In this document: one piece after another, positions 11,848 to 23,978 of the stretch
How positions within the stretch are numbered: the first letter of the stretch is position 1
Layout of the letters: every line of letters starts with the position of its first letter
Assembly (NCBI GenBank): GCA_964019425.1
Contig: OZ025783.1
Coordinates: 1,178,001 to 1,242,000, forward strand
Direction of reading: 5' to 3'
Length of the DNA: 64,000 nt
DNA from: Flectonema sp. DT1601
Taxonomy: Eukaryota
Position numbers and translations under genes: made by a program
Notes under the pieces: generated by a model
Seen by the model: only the letters and a program-made list of their open reading frames with translations
What the model was told of the DNA's origin: nothing
Databases searched by the model: none

Positions 11848-14495
11848 CTACGACACCCGAGACGTCTTTCGAAGAAAAGAAGCAGTTGGTTGCCTGTGTG
11901 TATTTTTACTGAAAGATGATTCCAGTTTTTTTTTATCATAAATATTAATAAACACATACATCAATCTATCAGATGCTGAAGAAGTCCGCAGCGGTTTCCG
12001 AAGTGAATGCTGGAGAGAGGTTGGCGTATTATTTGAAGGAGGGAGAGTGCTGGTTCTCTTCTTTACTGGACGCTTACGACGATCATCATCAAAAGTACGA
12101 ATTGACTCTGACTGACTGTTGTAGGTATCTTCACGAGCTGTAAATGCTGAGCTGTAATCATCCCACATTCCTTGTTGATGTTGTTGTTGGAGAGCATCAG
12201 CTCTGGTAAGTTGTGATCGACCCATTCTTCCAAGTCCAGTATCAACTTTACCAGAAACATTTGAGTAATCAGGAATCTTCTCTCTAGTTGGGGTTCCTGG
12301 TCTATCTCTCGTTGGAGTTCCTCTTCTTTGAATTGGACTATTAGTTCTGCTACCACCTCCACCTCCACCACCACCACCACCCTGACTGTGAAGTGATGAG
12401 TAAGTTTTTCTACCAACCTGACCAGGTCTTTGAGGAGATCCAGTCATTGCTTGTCTTCCAGAAGGTGAACCAGTTCGCTGTTTTGTTTATTTTATATTTC
12501 TCACTCACCGTAATAATGTACTCCTAAATAACTCATCACAAGATAAATAATAATAATTACATACAGATTTCGGTGGAGTTCCTGTTCTGACACCATGCTG
12601 TTGCTGAATCCTCGAGAGAGCTCCACCTGAGGCAGGACTGTTTGTTTGTTGTTGTTGTTGTTGTTTTCAACGATGTAAAAGTAATAACTTGTAGGATCTA
12701 ACAAGTGATATAATTATTAATAAATAAAAACGTACCCCATCGTATCTGAGAACGCTCCAGGTTGAGCAGCCTGCGGGTCGTAGTGATGCTGAGATGCGGC
12801 AGAACGTTTGTCGAGTCGCTGAGGGAGCGGAGAACCCTTCCGTGGACCAGCGTGTACCATAAATTGAGAACCTGCCCCTTGCCTTCCACGTTCAGAACCT
12901 GTTGATCCCCGACGTTGTGGCTGAAGACCAGAAGAAGGAGTATCAGGTTTCTTAGAAGGAAGCTCACGACGAGGGACGTTAACCTGACTCATCAACTGTT
13001 GTGATGCCGACAACAGACTTCCTTGTTGATCAATTCTACTTGATGGTTCTTGAACTGATTGTTGCATTAGAAATTGTGACTGTGTGGGTCCGAGAGACGA
13101 TTGCTGAACAGGTGGTTGCTGCTGATGCTGATGCTGTTGTTGATGTTGATGTTGTAATTGTTGTAATTGATGTGGTTGTGGTTGTCCTAATCTACTTGAT
13201 AAACTCCAAGTACCATTACTTGGTTGATTAGAAGTATGTTGTTGCTGAAGGTTGTTGTTTTGTTGTTGCTGACGAATGAGCGATGCTGATGGAGGATCCT
13301 GAGGTCTCAAAACAGGAGAATCTCTGTTGAAGAATGTCAGAGATGGTGACACTTGTTGAGTTGATTGTCCAATACTACTTGTTGATGAAGGGTTTACAGG
13401 AATCTGATGAACTTGACTAGTTGAGAATCCTTGATAACCACCAGCAACAGGATTAGTAGTATTTCCATGTCCAGGAACATTATCAAACCTCGACTGGAAG
13501 GATGAGTAGTTTCCGAGTAGCTGCGCCGGAGCAGACGCGGGTGTGGGTGCTGGACCTTCAACTCTCTTGACCATCGAGAGTCCCTGAGCGCTACCAGCAG
13601 ACACGTTACTGGTAGCACTTGAACCTCTGTGGCTTTTTAACGGCCATTTCTCAATAGTACATTGCATACCATCCTGGGATTGTAATGAATGAACAAGTGG
13701 GACTGGAGCCTTGGCTAAAATACCTCTTGTGGCAGGTAGTAACTTTAAGTCGGGATCTACACCATTCTTACCTCCAATAATTGGTTTACTAATAGCTGAA
13801 GTTACTGATGTTCCCTGACCTGTATCACTAAAAGTAATACGAGGCTTTTGATGAATGTTGTTCGATTGATTGCGAGCACTCTTTTCTTCGAATTCTATAA
13901 TATGTCGACGTGTCTCGGCATTCAAGACGTGATCAAAACCTAAAGCATTAAAATAAGTATTACGCAGCACCCATTGCTCGTTATCGAGGGCGAAGGTATC
14001 AGTGTCAACTTCAGGGTGAAAGATGTCGTACTGCTGTTCAAGTTTTCTGGATAAGATTCCAAGCTGTCTAATAAAATAAGGTTTGATATCCATGTCAGGA
14101 TGTGCTGTTCTCATAAAAGCAATTGTGTTGTCAAGAGTCCATCCATACTTCTTCATTAGGTAGGCAGCAACCGCAGCACAGCATCTAGAAATCCCAAGAA
14201 CCGAATGGATGAGAACACATTCACCTTTTTCAAGTCCTTTTTCTACGAAGTCAAAAATCTGTTTTACATTCCTCCCTTCTGGATCAAGTAATATTGTTCC
14301 AGGAAGATCTCTCCAATGGAAGGTAAGGTAATGAATGTTTGCCTGCTGATAGAGATTCTGTGTCTCGCTACCAGCGCAATTTATAATATGCGTCACTTTA
14401 TTCATAAATAAGAATTCATCATCTAGAGAGCTGGTTTGATTGCCGACAAACAACCCGTCTTTGATACGAACTGCCACCAGCTGTGCCGGCTGCAT
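11848..14495 (-). CDS. Atypical dual-specificity phosphatase-like protein (catalytic Cys replaced by Ser) with a long Q/S/P-rich tail; introns at 12638-12735, 12478-12564 and 11894-11959
   Basis: VRIKDGLFVGN..VTHIINCA..CVLIHSVLGISRCCAAVAAYLMKKYGW. Three GT(A)...ACAG introns splice the separate ORFs in frame (checked by hand). Confidence 0.8.
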
Positions 14496-14766
14496 TGTTG
14501 TGGCTGTTCTGAAATGGGGAGAGGTCGTGAAACTTTGATAATTAATATATTCGACTAAAAAAAAGATATTTATATTCTAAAGATGGAGTGAAGAATGTAA
14601 AGTACCTCACTTCCTGCTGTTGAGGCATCTATCACTTGTCATAGGGAGGTGTGACTACATTATTTTATGTTAATTCTACATCGAAAAAGAATATAAATCA
14701 AAATAAACACAAAATAAAATACTAACTACAGTTCTGAAGGTAATCAATACGTCTTGTTGACTCTTT

Positions 14767-16365
14767 CTATACATGTGGTAAGCTGTTGATTCTTTCTTGT
14801 TCATTTTCATACATTGCGGTAATCTGCTGTTGTGAGAGTCTTCCTTTATCAGTAGTAATAATGATGTTTGATTTCCTACACATCATATCCCTCCCTGATA
14901 CATGCATTATTCCGTTGGCATCAATTTCAAAAATTATTTCGATCTGAGGAACACCACGAGGAGCAGGTGGTATTCCAGAAACATCAAATGTCCCCAACAG
15001 ATGACAATCTCTAGCCATGTATCTCTCTCCCTCAAAGACTCTGATACGAGGACCACAAGTGTCTGAGTAAGTTGAGAATATTTGACTCTTAATTGCTGGT
15101 AAATGTGTGTTTCTCTTAATTATCGAACTCATCCCTCCTCCTCCTCCCATTTCAATACCACAAGTGAGTGGTGCGATGTCTAAAATGATCATCTCATCTG
15201 TCCTTTTGTTCTGTCCACCAACTAAGATGAAAGCCTGCACGGCAGCCCCGTAAGCGACTGCCTCGTCAGGATTGATTGACATGTTGAGTTCCATTCCACC
15301 AAAGAAGTCACTAATCATTAACTGAACCCTTGGGATTCTTGTTGATCCTCCAACGAGGATAACTTCGTGAATCATTCTTCTATTCATTTCAGAGTCATTC
15401 AGAACTCGTTCAATAAGTTTTAAACAGGATCGAAACAGGTCAACACAAAGCTCCTCAAAACCCGCTCTCGTAATTGAAGTGTAGAAATCAATTCCTTCAT
15501 ACAATTCGTTTATTTCAATTGAAGTCTGATCTAATGATGATAGAGTTCTCTTTGACCTCTCGCATGAGGTTCTGAGTCTGTGAAGTGCGTGAGGGTCCTG
15601 TGAGATGTCTTTTTTGTGTTTTCTTTGGAACTCTTCAACGAAGAAGTTGACCATTCGATTGTTAAAGTCTTCACCTCCCAAATGGGTGTCACCAGCAGTC
15701 GCCTTCACCTCAAAGATTCCCTCGTCGATGGTCAGCAGAGTGACGTCACAGGTACCACCACCCAAATCAAAAATAATAAAATTCTTTTCAGTCTCTTCGG
15801 ACTTATGGAAACCGTACGCGATAGCTGCGGCTGTGGGTTCGTTGATGATTCTCAGAACTTCAACACCAGAAATAGCTCCAGCATCCTTAGTAGCAGTTCT
15901 TTGAGAATCATTAAAGTAAGCAGGTACTGTAATCACTGCTTTCTTAATATCCTTTCCTAGGTATGACTCAGCAAGGTTTCTCATCTTTGTGAGTATCATG
16001 GCTGAGATTTCTTCAGGTGTGAACTGTTTAGTCTCACCGAGGTACTCAACTTCAATTAGTGGTATTTGGTTAGAATTTGATGTTACTTTAAACGGCCAGT
16101 ATTTCATATCTGACTGAACAGAAGGATCTAAAATTTTACGACCTATTAATCTCTTCATATCAAAGATGGTGTTGGTCGGATTTAAAGCCAATTGATCCTT
16201 GGCGGCATCACCGATCAGACGCTCGCTGTTATTAAAAGAAACGCATGACGGAGTAGTTCTATTACCTTGATCGTTAGCTACGATCTCAACTCTTTCATTT
16301 TTCCAAACTCCGACACATGAGTAGGTTGTTCCCAAGTCGATACCTATCACTTCATCACAAGTCAT
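14767..16365 (-). CDS. HSP70: Divergent cytosolic-type Hsp70 lacking the C-terminal lid and EEVD
   Basis: [59 protein letters not shown]. The likely start is MTCDEVIG at 16365; the ORF-track extension overlaps the upstream gene. Confidence 0.9.
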   Translation of the reverse strand: MTCDEVIGIDLGTTYSCVGVWKNERVEIVANDQGNRTTPSCVSFNNSERLIGDAAKDQLALNPTNTIFDMKRLIGRKILDPSVQSDMKYWPFKVTSNSNQIPLIEVEYLGETKQFTPEEISAMILTKMRNLAESYLGKDIKKAVITVPAYFNDSQRTATKDAGAISGVEVLRIINEPTAAAIAYGFHKSEETEKNFIIFDLGGGTCDVTLLTIDEGIFEVKATAGDTHLGGEDFNNRMVNFFVEEFQRKHKKDISQDPHALHRLRTSCERSKRTLSSLDQTSIEINELYEGIDFYTSITRAGFEELCVDLFRSCLKLIERVLNDSEMNRRMIHEVILVGGSTRIPRVQLMISDFFGGMELNMSINPDEAVAYGAAVQAFILVGGQNKRTDEMIILDIAPLTCGIEMGGGGGMSSIIKRNTHLPAIKSQIFSTYSDTCGPRIRVFEGERYMARDCHLLGTFDVSGIPPAPRGVPQIEIIFEIDANGIMHVSGRDMMCRKSNIIITTDKGRLSQQQITAMYENEQERINSLPHV

Positions 16366-16444
16366 TATCACCTGACAAATGAGACTAAATATGAGAAGTA
16401 CTAAAACAATTATTTTAAGAGAATAAATATATTGAGCCTCACCA

Positions 16445-18007
16445 TCATTCTGGTTTCTTCTTGTTTTTTTTCTTCCTATTCTTGCCTGGCATGCGGTACC
16501 CAGGAGGCAAGCCTTGCTTACGAGGTTTAATAAAGGTTTTGTAAAATACGTTGTCATCACCGTTATAAAAGTTTCCATGAATAGTCAAGAACTGTGGAGA
16601 ATCACACAATGCAAAAGGGGTTTCTGTACTAAGAGATAGGTCAGCATTGTGGTGGAAAACAATTGCAGCTCGGGATCGAACTGCATGGATGGTTGTGGCA
16701 TTTACCGTATCGCAGAAGTTGAATTTCTTTTGTGATGAAATAATCTTATCGGACTTCCACTTTAAAGCATCACCAGGGAATAGTAACCTACCCTCACTTG
16801 ATTGGAATACATAAACAGAAAACAGATGTCCCTTTTTAGGATCGGATCGCGACTTGATAATTCCATTCTCAACTATTTCTACTTCAGCAACAGATGATAT
16901 ACTCGCCTCAGGAACGTACAACGTGTCGCTGATGCGAGACCTGATCAGGTTTGCGACACTGACAGTGCCATCATCACTGACTCGTTCTTCTAAGTCAAGT
17001 AATTCACTTTCTGTTAGCAGTTCATTTATAAATGCTACCCGAGGAAGTACTTTAGTCAGCCGAGTTCTGTTCAACCTCCGGACCTCTAATGCTATTTCAA
17101 TTTCCCTTTCGAGACGAGATATATCCTGCATCACTCTTCGTTGTTTGTTTGTTATTATTTCTTCTTTATTATCGTTCTTATCAACATCAACATCAACATC
17201 TGTGCATAACTCTGACTCGGATTGTTGCTGTTCGTTGTTTTCTTGTTTTGCAATCAGCGGCTTCGCAGATGCTTCGTATCCTTTTGGAACGTCTGATGGC
17301 GATCTCGTTGCTATGAAAGTTTCATGAAACAGATTTCTATTTCCATCATAGTAATTGATGTCAATTGATAGAACAGCTGGTTGATTACAATAAACTAAAG
17401 GAGAGTCTCTATCTAAAGACAGGTCAGGGTTGTGATTATAAATTAGTATCGCAGATCCCTCTTGCGCTGCGACAGCAACTTTTGATTCAGTGCAGAGATC
17501 GTTTCTCTGAGTTTTGAATAATTTTCCAGATTTTGTATATCTAAGTAAATTTTTAGTAGGGACACTAATGCTTCCTTCTGATGATAGGAATATAAACAAA
17601 GTAGCGAAGTGACCTTTACGAGAATCAGATCGGAGATAAGGCTTTCCATGATGAGATTGGTCAATGATACCGAACACTGCAATATTATTAATAGGGACAT
17701 AGAGGGTGTTGGAAACCATGTTTCGAATAGATTCCGATATCATTATTTTTTTCTTCTTTTTTAATTTTGATTTTTTCAAGAAATCAGCTGCCTCACTAGG
17801 TGACAAGAACCCCTCAATTGACCCTACCCTCTCACTTATCTTTACAATCCTAGTTTTGTTCTTCCAACTGGCTCTTGTTTCCATTTGAGATATTTGTTCT
17901 TCTAGTTCAGCAATCAGAGTTCGTTCTTCTTCAATAGCTTCTCTGTCATCATTTCCGTTAATCAGTATTATCAGAAACAGAGATACCCAAAGGTATAAAG
18001 AAAACAT
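16445..18007 (-). CDS. Signal-peptide protein with two degenerate prolyl-4-hydroxylase-like (2OG dioxygenase fold) repeats
   Basis: Internal duplication: [82 protein letters not shown]. These resemble the P4H scaffold, but no HxD...H triad is evident. Confidence 0.6.
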   Translation of the reverse strand: MFSLYLWVSLFLIILINGNDDREAIEEERTLIAELEEQISQMETRASWKNKTRIVKISERVGSIEGFLSPSEAADFLKKSKLKKKKKIMISESIRNMVSNTLYVPINNIAVFGIIDQSHHGKPYLRSDSRKGHFATLFIFLSSEGSISVPTKNLLRYTKSGKLFKTQRNDLCTESKVAVAAQEGSAILIYNHNPDLSLDRDSPLVYCNQPAVLSIDINYYDGNRNLFHETFIATRSPSDVPKGYEASAKPLIAKQENNEQQQSESELCTDVDVDVDKNDNKEEIITNKQRRVMQDISRLEREIEIALEVRRLNRTRLTKVLPRVAFINELLTESELLDLEERVSDDGTVSVANLIRSRISDTLYVPEASISSVAEVEIVENGIIKSRSDPKKGHLFSVYVFQSSEGRLLFPGDALKWKSDKIISSQKKFNFCDTVNATTIHAVRSRAAIVFHHNADLSLSTETPFALCDSPQFLTIHGNFYNGDDNVFYKTFIKPRKQGLPPGYRMPGKNRKKKNKKKPE

Positions 18008-18279
18008 CGTTATACCTCACGCTGTGAACTTAATTAGAAAGTAGTGAAAGTACTGAGAAGGTTTTATTATTTTTAAAAAAAAAAAGAAGTTATTTTTCCC
18101 TTTCTCTGATTTCACTTTTGAGGATTGATTGACGTCACGTTACGTGACGAAGAGAAATCTTCTCATCGCCGATCAGATGAACTTCTCAAAGTCGAGGAAT
18201 CTTTAATTGTTAATTAGATTTATAAATATACGAAGGGAGAAAAGATATTTAAAATAAAAAATTATATAAAATGTGTAAA

Positions 18280-18696
18280 TCAACTTCCTGAAAATGATTG
18301 TCGTTCCGAATCACGAGAAGTTATGTTATTGAGTGTCCAAGTTTTTAAATCACAAAGCAGTTGTAATGCAGCTTCGATTGTAAATCGAAGGTCTTCAGTT
18401 CGTTTAATCGCCGCGCATGTCAATTGTCGTAAATAATCAAATTCACCACAATCGTCATCTGCCGATGTTCTCTTCATAACATGTGATACCAACTGATGAA
18501 TAACACTTCTTAGTGGAGAGTCAAGAGTAACTCCTTCGGACCTTCCACTTTCTTCAATTAATTCCTTGATAGCAGCACCAAGTTTATTAATCACCTCTAC
18601 GAGTGATTTATTATTCGGACCTTGTTTAGGACCGATAGACCAACCTTCTCTCCATACTAATGCTTCAGTAAGTGTTTCAACTTCATCACTTATCAT
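18280..18696 (-). CDS. Hypothetical protein (138 aa)
   Basis: ATG-initiated ORF with normal protein composition, on the same strand as its neighbours. Confidence 0.55.
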   Translation of the reverse strand: MISDEVETLTEALVWREGWSIGPKQGPNNKSLVEVINKLGAAIKELIEESGRSEGVTLDSPLRSVIHQLVSHVMKRTSADDDCGEFDYLRQLTCAAIKRTEDLRFTIEAALQLLCDLKTWTLNNITSRDSERQSFSGS

Positions 18697-19085
18697 TTGT
18701 ATTAACTGAAGGTAAAAGAAAATTTAAAAACACCGCAACTAAATTATTCATGAGGGCCTGTAAATGAAGAATATAAGTCGCAACAATGTTTTTTTTTTTT
18801 TCATTCCACGTGATGAAAAGCGAAATAAAATACAATGAACATAGTCATCGTTAATAAAGACAAACAGATTGATTATAAGAAATAATAAACGAGAACGTTT
18901 CTAATTCCACACAAATGTTTTATGGTGGATTCTAACAGGAGGCTGTCGGATAGGAATTGTGAAAATATTTTTTTTTTTTTTTGTTTAGCAACAATAACAT
19001 CACAACCCACAGACTTACTCTTTTTACAGAGCATCCAATCTTTTATATTGTAAGCAATCACTACAGTGACTCTACATAACTCGTC

Positions 19086-19448
19086 TTATCTGATGGCACA
19101 AGCTTTCTTGGTGCTTGCTGTAATTCTTGTTACTTTCTTTTTTGGAAGCTGACCCTTTGCAATTGCACCACCACTTCCCTTCTTACCAGAGACTGCTTCA
19201 AGTTTTTCTGCTGCCTTCTTCGCAATTACTTTAAGAGAATCGGTCTGTTTGTTGTTTTTTTTTTTTTTTTTAATTTTCATTTCAACGGCTGATGTGAATA
19301 TTTTTAGTAATTATATCAAAAGTGATATCTATGCTTCACTTCACACTTGGACAATAAAAATATCAAATCATACTTTTTTAGCAGAATCTCTGATAGGGTT
19401 TTTTCTCAGTTTATTTCCACCACGGGTGATTTTTGCCGATTTTCCCAT
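19086..19448 (-). CDS. Small lysine-rich protein (77 aa), two exons, intron at 19245-19373
   Basis: Exon 1 MGKSAKITRGGNKLRKNPIRDSAKK and a GTATGA...AAACAG intron join in frame to TDSLKVIAKK...CAIR*. Confidence 0.7.
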
Positions 19449-19827
19449 TTTTTTTTTTTTTTTTTGTATAGACCGGTTGCAGCTGATAATTAAAAGACAA
19501 AATAAAAAAAAACACCACGAACCTAACAACACGAAGATACAATTACAAACTGGAAACAGACAAAAACACCTCAGCTGCGGAACATAAAATGATTCCTTAT
19601 AATCGCTTTGTGGTGGCTTTCGACCTGGGATAACACACTTTTTTTTTAATCCGGGTACAAAAAAAAACAAAACACACGTAGCCACGGGACTTATCTTCGC
19701 AGGCCATCTGTTGGCTGTGCCCCTGCTGAGAAGCGGAGAGAGTGAAGAGAGTTTATGTATTTTTTTGTTTTTTTTTTTATCATTTTTAAATAAAGGTTTA
19801 TCAGGACAACTATAAAAACTGATACCA

Positions 19828-21330
19828 CTAACGGTATTTTGGAACACTTTGCATCATTTGTTGTTGACTTTCACGCTGAACGAGCATGTTCTCGAGTTCA
19901 TGCAGAGCGCTGACTTGCTCAGAAGCAAGGTGAGATCTGTTAAGTAAATCATGTTGTCTTAGAATTGTCTGCGGAGGAGGTAACTGTGGAGACTGAGCTT
20001 GGTAAGGATTGTATGAAGAACTCCTATTACCTACTGAGTATTGAGGAAGTTCAGTACTAGGTGACACATGAGATGGTGACATCGATCGATTCCCATAAGA
20101 AGGTGGAAGCGCTTGTTGCTGTGGAGACACAGAACGAGAAACAGCAGCACCTGGTGATCCAGAACGAAGCAACCAACGAACTGCTTTACGAGAATGCTGC
20201 AGCTTTGAATCCAATTCAGCAATTCCATCAACGTTGGTCATGATTGCTGATTGCGCATCAAAAAGTTTCCTACGAAGATGTTCAATCTCTTGATCCTTTC
20301 TAACCATCTGCATCTTAAATTCATTTATACAATCTCTCGCATTACATAATAATAATTTATCCTGAGATGATGATGGACTATTCACAAATTGCTGAACTTG
20401 TTGCGAGTTCCCCTGTTGTGACTGCTGTGGACTGTGATGTACCCTTCTCAGCTCTTCATTTTCCCTCTCAAGTGCTGCAACTTTCTTTTCAAGATTTCTC
20501 ACAGCGAGGGTATTCTTATCCATACTCTTTCTCTTTTCGATTGTTGTTTTTTGTCTTGATTGGTTGTTAATATTTGTTATTGTTGCCTCCAAGTCTTTAA
20601 TCTTTGAATTTCTTCTAGTCAGTTCTTCAGTAAGTTGTTTTACTTTACTTGTCCCCGTCTGACCGGATGCCTGAAGTAGCCTCTCAAGAGATTCATTGCG
20701 AGCAGTCAGTGAACGAACTTCTCTTTCTCTATCGCGAAGTTGTTGTTCGAGTGTGACTGATATAACTTCCAAATCGATTGGGTCAGAAGGAGGGAGAGGT
20801 TGGAATTCAGATTGAGTTACGGCAGGCTGCTCAACAACAGGATCATTAACTTCTTCACTCAGTGAGTGAACTGGTAATGACTGTAAAGGAGTTGGGTCAG
20901 GAATACTAATCAGCGGTGGTTGTGTGGCATCTAAACCAATTGAGTTCATTGTAACTGCTGCCTGCGGTCCACCACTCGGTGATCTCGGTAATGACGTATG
21001 TGACTGATTCACATCACCAACACTTTGTAACTCCCCGACAACAGGAATGGATGAATTAGTTGCTTGCATTGGGCTGACTTGAGTGACACTTCTATGCAAT
21101 TCATTTGATCTCCTCTCTTCTTCATTCATCGTATTCAAAGTCTCTTGAAGGGCTGCAACAGCAGCGTCTGCCTCCCTGTTAGTATTTGAGTAATTGGTTA
21201 ATAGTTTGGTGTAACTCCTTTACTTCTCAGACTGTTGAGTATGAGGAAAGCAAGAAGGGGAAAAAAAAGGAAAAATAAACTTCACAAACATTAGTAAATC
21301 GTGTCCAACGCCGGCCTCCTCTGCGCTCAT
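19828..21330 (-). CDS. Coiled-coil, low-complexity hypothetical protein; 5' exon structure uncertain
   Basis: 436-aa ORF (19828..21138) with heptad-rich segments. Candidate small upstream exons lie near 21177-21330 but I could not resolve them. Confidence 0.6.
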
Positions 21331-21541
21331 TTTTTGAGGTTTTGCCTTCGAAGGAATAAATTCATCAGAGTAACAACAAAAGATACGAGTAGTCCCTCTT
21401 AGTCTTAGGGATTACTTCCACTTGTCAAAACAGATTAGATGATCGGAAGTTTTTTTTAAAATATTTGATCAAACAGAACACAACGTTGAGTCACCTTTAG
21501 TTAAATTATTGAATTGAGAAAGAATTCCCTTCACCGCTCAC

Positions 21542-22768
21542 TTAGGTTTTTCTTATCGGTTTCCGACGATTATTTTTTGATGTCATTTTTGATTTTGCTG
21601 ACCGTTGCAAATCTGAAACAATTTTACTACTACTGGATTTCTGTGAACCAAAGACGTCCCCCTGATGCTCAGGTAGTTTAGTCAGAAAGGATAGTTCCTC
21701 TGGAAAAACAACTGGTTGTCCATACGGAGACATACAAAGTAAAGGTGTTGTAATGAAAGGTCGAGGTGAAACCATTCCATGTGGTAGACTAGTCGAAAAT
21801 CCCAAATTCGATACAGTCGATTGCAAAGATAAAAGCTCTTCTTTTATTATATTTTTATAGATCTCGAGTTGATTACCCAAAACAATCATAGGAATTGGAT
21901 AGTTTTTAAATTCTCTCTCATAATTATTAATAAGCTGATCTAACAACGAGCAACAACTGAGTGCAAAGGCTGTCTCAACATCTTTTTGCACACATTCTAA
22001 CATGATGCAACCACTGATTGTTTCCAAACTTTGCATTGAGGGCCACAGCTTAACACGTGCAGACGATGCGTATGAAATAATTTTCGTAACATCAGAAACG
22101 GTTTTGCAGTGTTTAAAGAGACCAGCAATAGTGTCAGGGGTTGGATTTTGATGGTTGGCTTTCATTGTGTTGACAACCTTCCAAGCATCAGATAGACTGC
22201 TTGACGAGGCTATTGATATATTGTGGACATCAGAAGGAGTGAAAGAGATATTCGATTTACTCGACTCTTTCAGAATATCTTTTACTAATTCCTCATTCGA
22301 TCTTGCTAAGTAGAGCAACAGTTTGAACGTGATAGGTGTTGGTGCCGCTCCTAATGCAATCATACTTGAGAGGTATATCTGTGCATCATCTTGATTCGTA
22401 TGAGTCTTTCTCGTTAAGTATAATAACATACAATTTGATATATGAGTCTGCTGATTACGAGTTACAGTCTCAGTATTTATAATTCTATCGTGAAAGTTAA
22501 TCACATCAGTATCACTGGATCCGTAGACGCAAGCAGCCAATGTTGGATAGGTAATTTGTTTTCTTACTTCCCGTTTTCTTTTATCAAACTCGTTTATAAT
22601 TTCCATCGCATAATCACCCATTCCCCAAGTAGTAGTACATTTTACAAGAAACTCAGCATCTTGTTGAGAAACCTTTTCCAAGTAGTTCGGTCCTTTCATA
22701 CGCACCAGTGTGTCAGGGACAGCAAAAACCGATTTGCATCCTCTCCTAGCTAGCAGCGATACATTCAT
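21542..22768 (-). CDS. Helical-repeat (PPR-like) protein, possibly mitochondrial
   Basis: N-terminus MNVSLLARRG resembles a presequence. PPR-like segments YLSSMIALGAAPTPITFKLLL and AWKVVNTMKANHQNPTPDTIAGL. Confidence 0.6.
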   Translation of the reverse strand: MNVSLLARRGCKSVFAVPDTLVRMKGPNYLEKVSQQDAEFLVKCTTTWGMGDYAMEIINEFDKRKREVRKQITYPTLAACVYGSSDTDVINFHDRIINTETVTRNQQTHISNCMLLYLTRKTHTNQDDAQIYLSSMIALGAAPTPITFKLLLYLARSNEELVKDILKESSKSNISFTPSDVHNISIASSSSLSDAWKVVNTMKANHQNPTPDTIAGLFKHCKTVSDVTKIISYASSARVKLWPSMQSLETISGCIMLECVQKDVETAFALSCCSLLDQLINNYEREFKNYPIPMIVLGNQLEIYKNIIKEELLSLQSTVSNLGFSTSLPHGMVSPRPFITTPLLCMSPYGQPVVFPEELSFLTKLPEHQGDVFGSQKSSSSKIVSDLQRSAKSKMTSKNNRRKPIRKT

Positions 22769-22841
22769 CTAATTCAATGGTGAGTGACCTGAATAATAAA
22801 CAGAGTCTGCAATAGGGATACGTGTGGGTAAATAAATCAAT

Positions 22842-23489
22842 TTAATCTCTCACAGCTTTAATAATGTAAGCATGTTCTCCATATCTCCTTTCTTTAATAA
22901 TTGAAGCAGTGCAACCAGAATTATTTAAAATATCAACGACTTCAGACGGTTCGTTTTGATGAATCAGCAGAAGGTACAATGTACCCGTCCCTGAAGTAAG
23001 CCGAGGAATGACTTGTGATAAGAAAATATCTGTTACAACACGTCCCTTGTGACCTCCAGCCCAAGCAGCAGTTATACCTCCTTCATACACTTCTTCAGTT
23101 GTTGATGGTACGTATGGAGGATTAAATAACGCTATGTCAATGAATTGTCTTTGACCAAAACAAGAGAGCAAATCCCCGTGAACTACATCACTTTGTTTAA
23201 CATTATTCTCTTTGTATGTTCCGAGTGTTGCTAGACAGGCTTCAGGATTCAGATCAATTCCAAGAATCTGATGGTTTTGTTTATCAATTCCTTTTAATAC
23301 ATAATCAAGGAAACTACTTATAATTCCACTACCAACACCAACTTCAACAACTACGTCTGTGATGATGTTCTTAAGATGGTCACTGTCTCCCTCAATGGCG
23401 TCCAATAGAAGAAAACTATCTTGTGCAGGTTCATAAATGCGATCCCACTTATCAAATCCCAAATGTTCTAAACATGGAGTATAAGGCAT
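22842..23489 (-). CDS. N6AMT1: HemK2/N6AMT1 (Mtq2-like) eRF1 glutamine methyltransferase
   Basis: IYEPAQDSFLLLDA, VEVGVGSG, IDLNPEA, LFNPPYVPS, AWAGGHKGRVV. The real start is likely MPYTP at 23489; the longer ORF runs into the snoRNA array. Confidence 0.9.
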   Translation of the reverse strand: MPYTPCLEHLGFDKWDRIYEPAQDSFLLLDAIEGDSDHLKNIITDVVVEVGVGSGIISSFLDYVLKGIDKQNHQILGIDLNPEACLATLGTYKENNVKQSDVVHGDLLSCFGQRQFIDIALFNPPYVPSTTEEVYEGGITAAWAGGHKGRVVTDIFLSQVIPRLTSGTGTLYLLLIHQNEPSEVVDILNNSGCTASIIKERRYGEHAYIIKAVRD

Positions 23490-23697
23490 AAGATTATTGA
23501 CCCCCTGGTATAGAGAAAACACATGTTGGGAAATTACTTTCGCAATTAAGAAGCTGAGGTCTCCATTTATGAAATAAAGATTTATCAAAGCAGGATCGTA
23601 ATTGAAAGTGTGAAAGTAGAAGGACGAGCAGCGGTATCTATCTCGGCAAATTGTAAGCAGACAAATGAGTTGCGACTCGCAGAATGGAACTTGAGGA

Positions 23698-23773
23698 GAA
23701 TCAGTAAATTGAAAACATCGTCGAAGCACACGGCTCAGGTCTTGAAACACATTTAATTTAATATCATCAGAGA
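23698..23773 (-). ncRNA. Box C/D snoRNA; further copies at ~24240-24309, 25667-25736 and 26716-26785
   Basis: Minus strand reads cTGATGA (C)...ATGTGTTTCAAGAC-CTGA (D')...CGATG (C'-like)...CTGA (D). The D' guide GTGTTTCAAGAC is the exact complement of conserved LSU rRNA GUCUUGAAACAC. Confidence 0.8.
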
Positions 23774-23905
23774 AAGGTGGAGAACGGAGACTGACAAAAC
23801 ACCACAAGTGACACCCGAAGGTGATTGAAGTGATTGAATATGATGCAAAGAGAGAGCGTGTCAAAATGTTTAATTTAATACAAAGCTTCTCAATGAAAGA
23901 ATAGT

Positions 23906-23978
23906 AATTCTAGCCCCAGCCATTGACCTCCTTGTGTATGATGATGTGATCATGCTTGAGGCTGGTTGTACCGAGGCA
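23906..23978 (-). ncRNA. Single-hairpin AGA-box H/ACA-like guide RNA; 14 copies starting at 23906, 24083, 24445, 24623, 24800, 24978, 25155, 25333, 25510, 25872, 26050, 26227, 26403, 26581
   Basis: Lower stem GCCUCGGU/GCUG(G/A)GGC, pocket ACAACCA/CAAUG, upper stem GCCUC/GAGGU, then AGA+3 nt located 14 nt after the upper stem. The G/A variant keeps the pairing. Confidence 0.7.
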
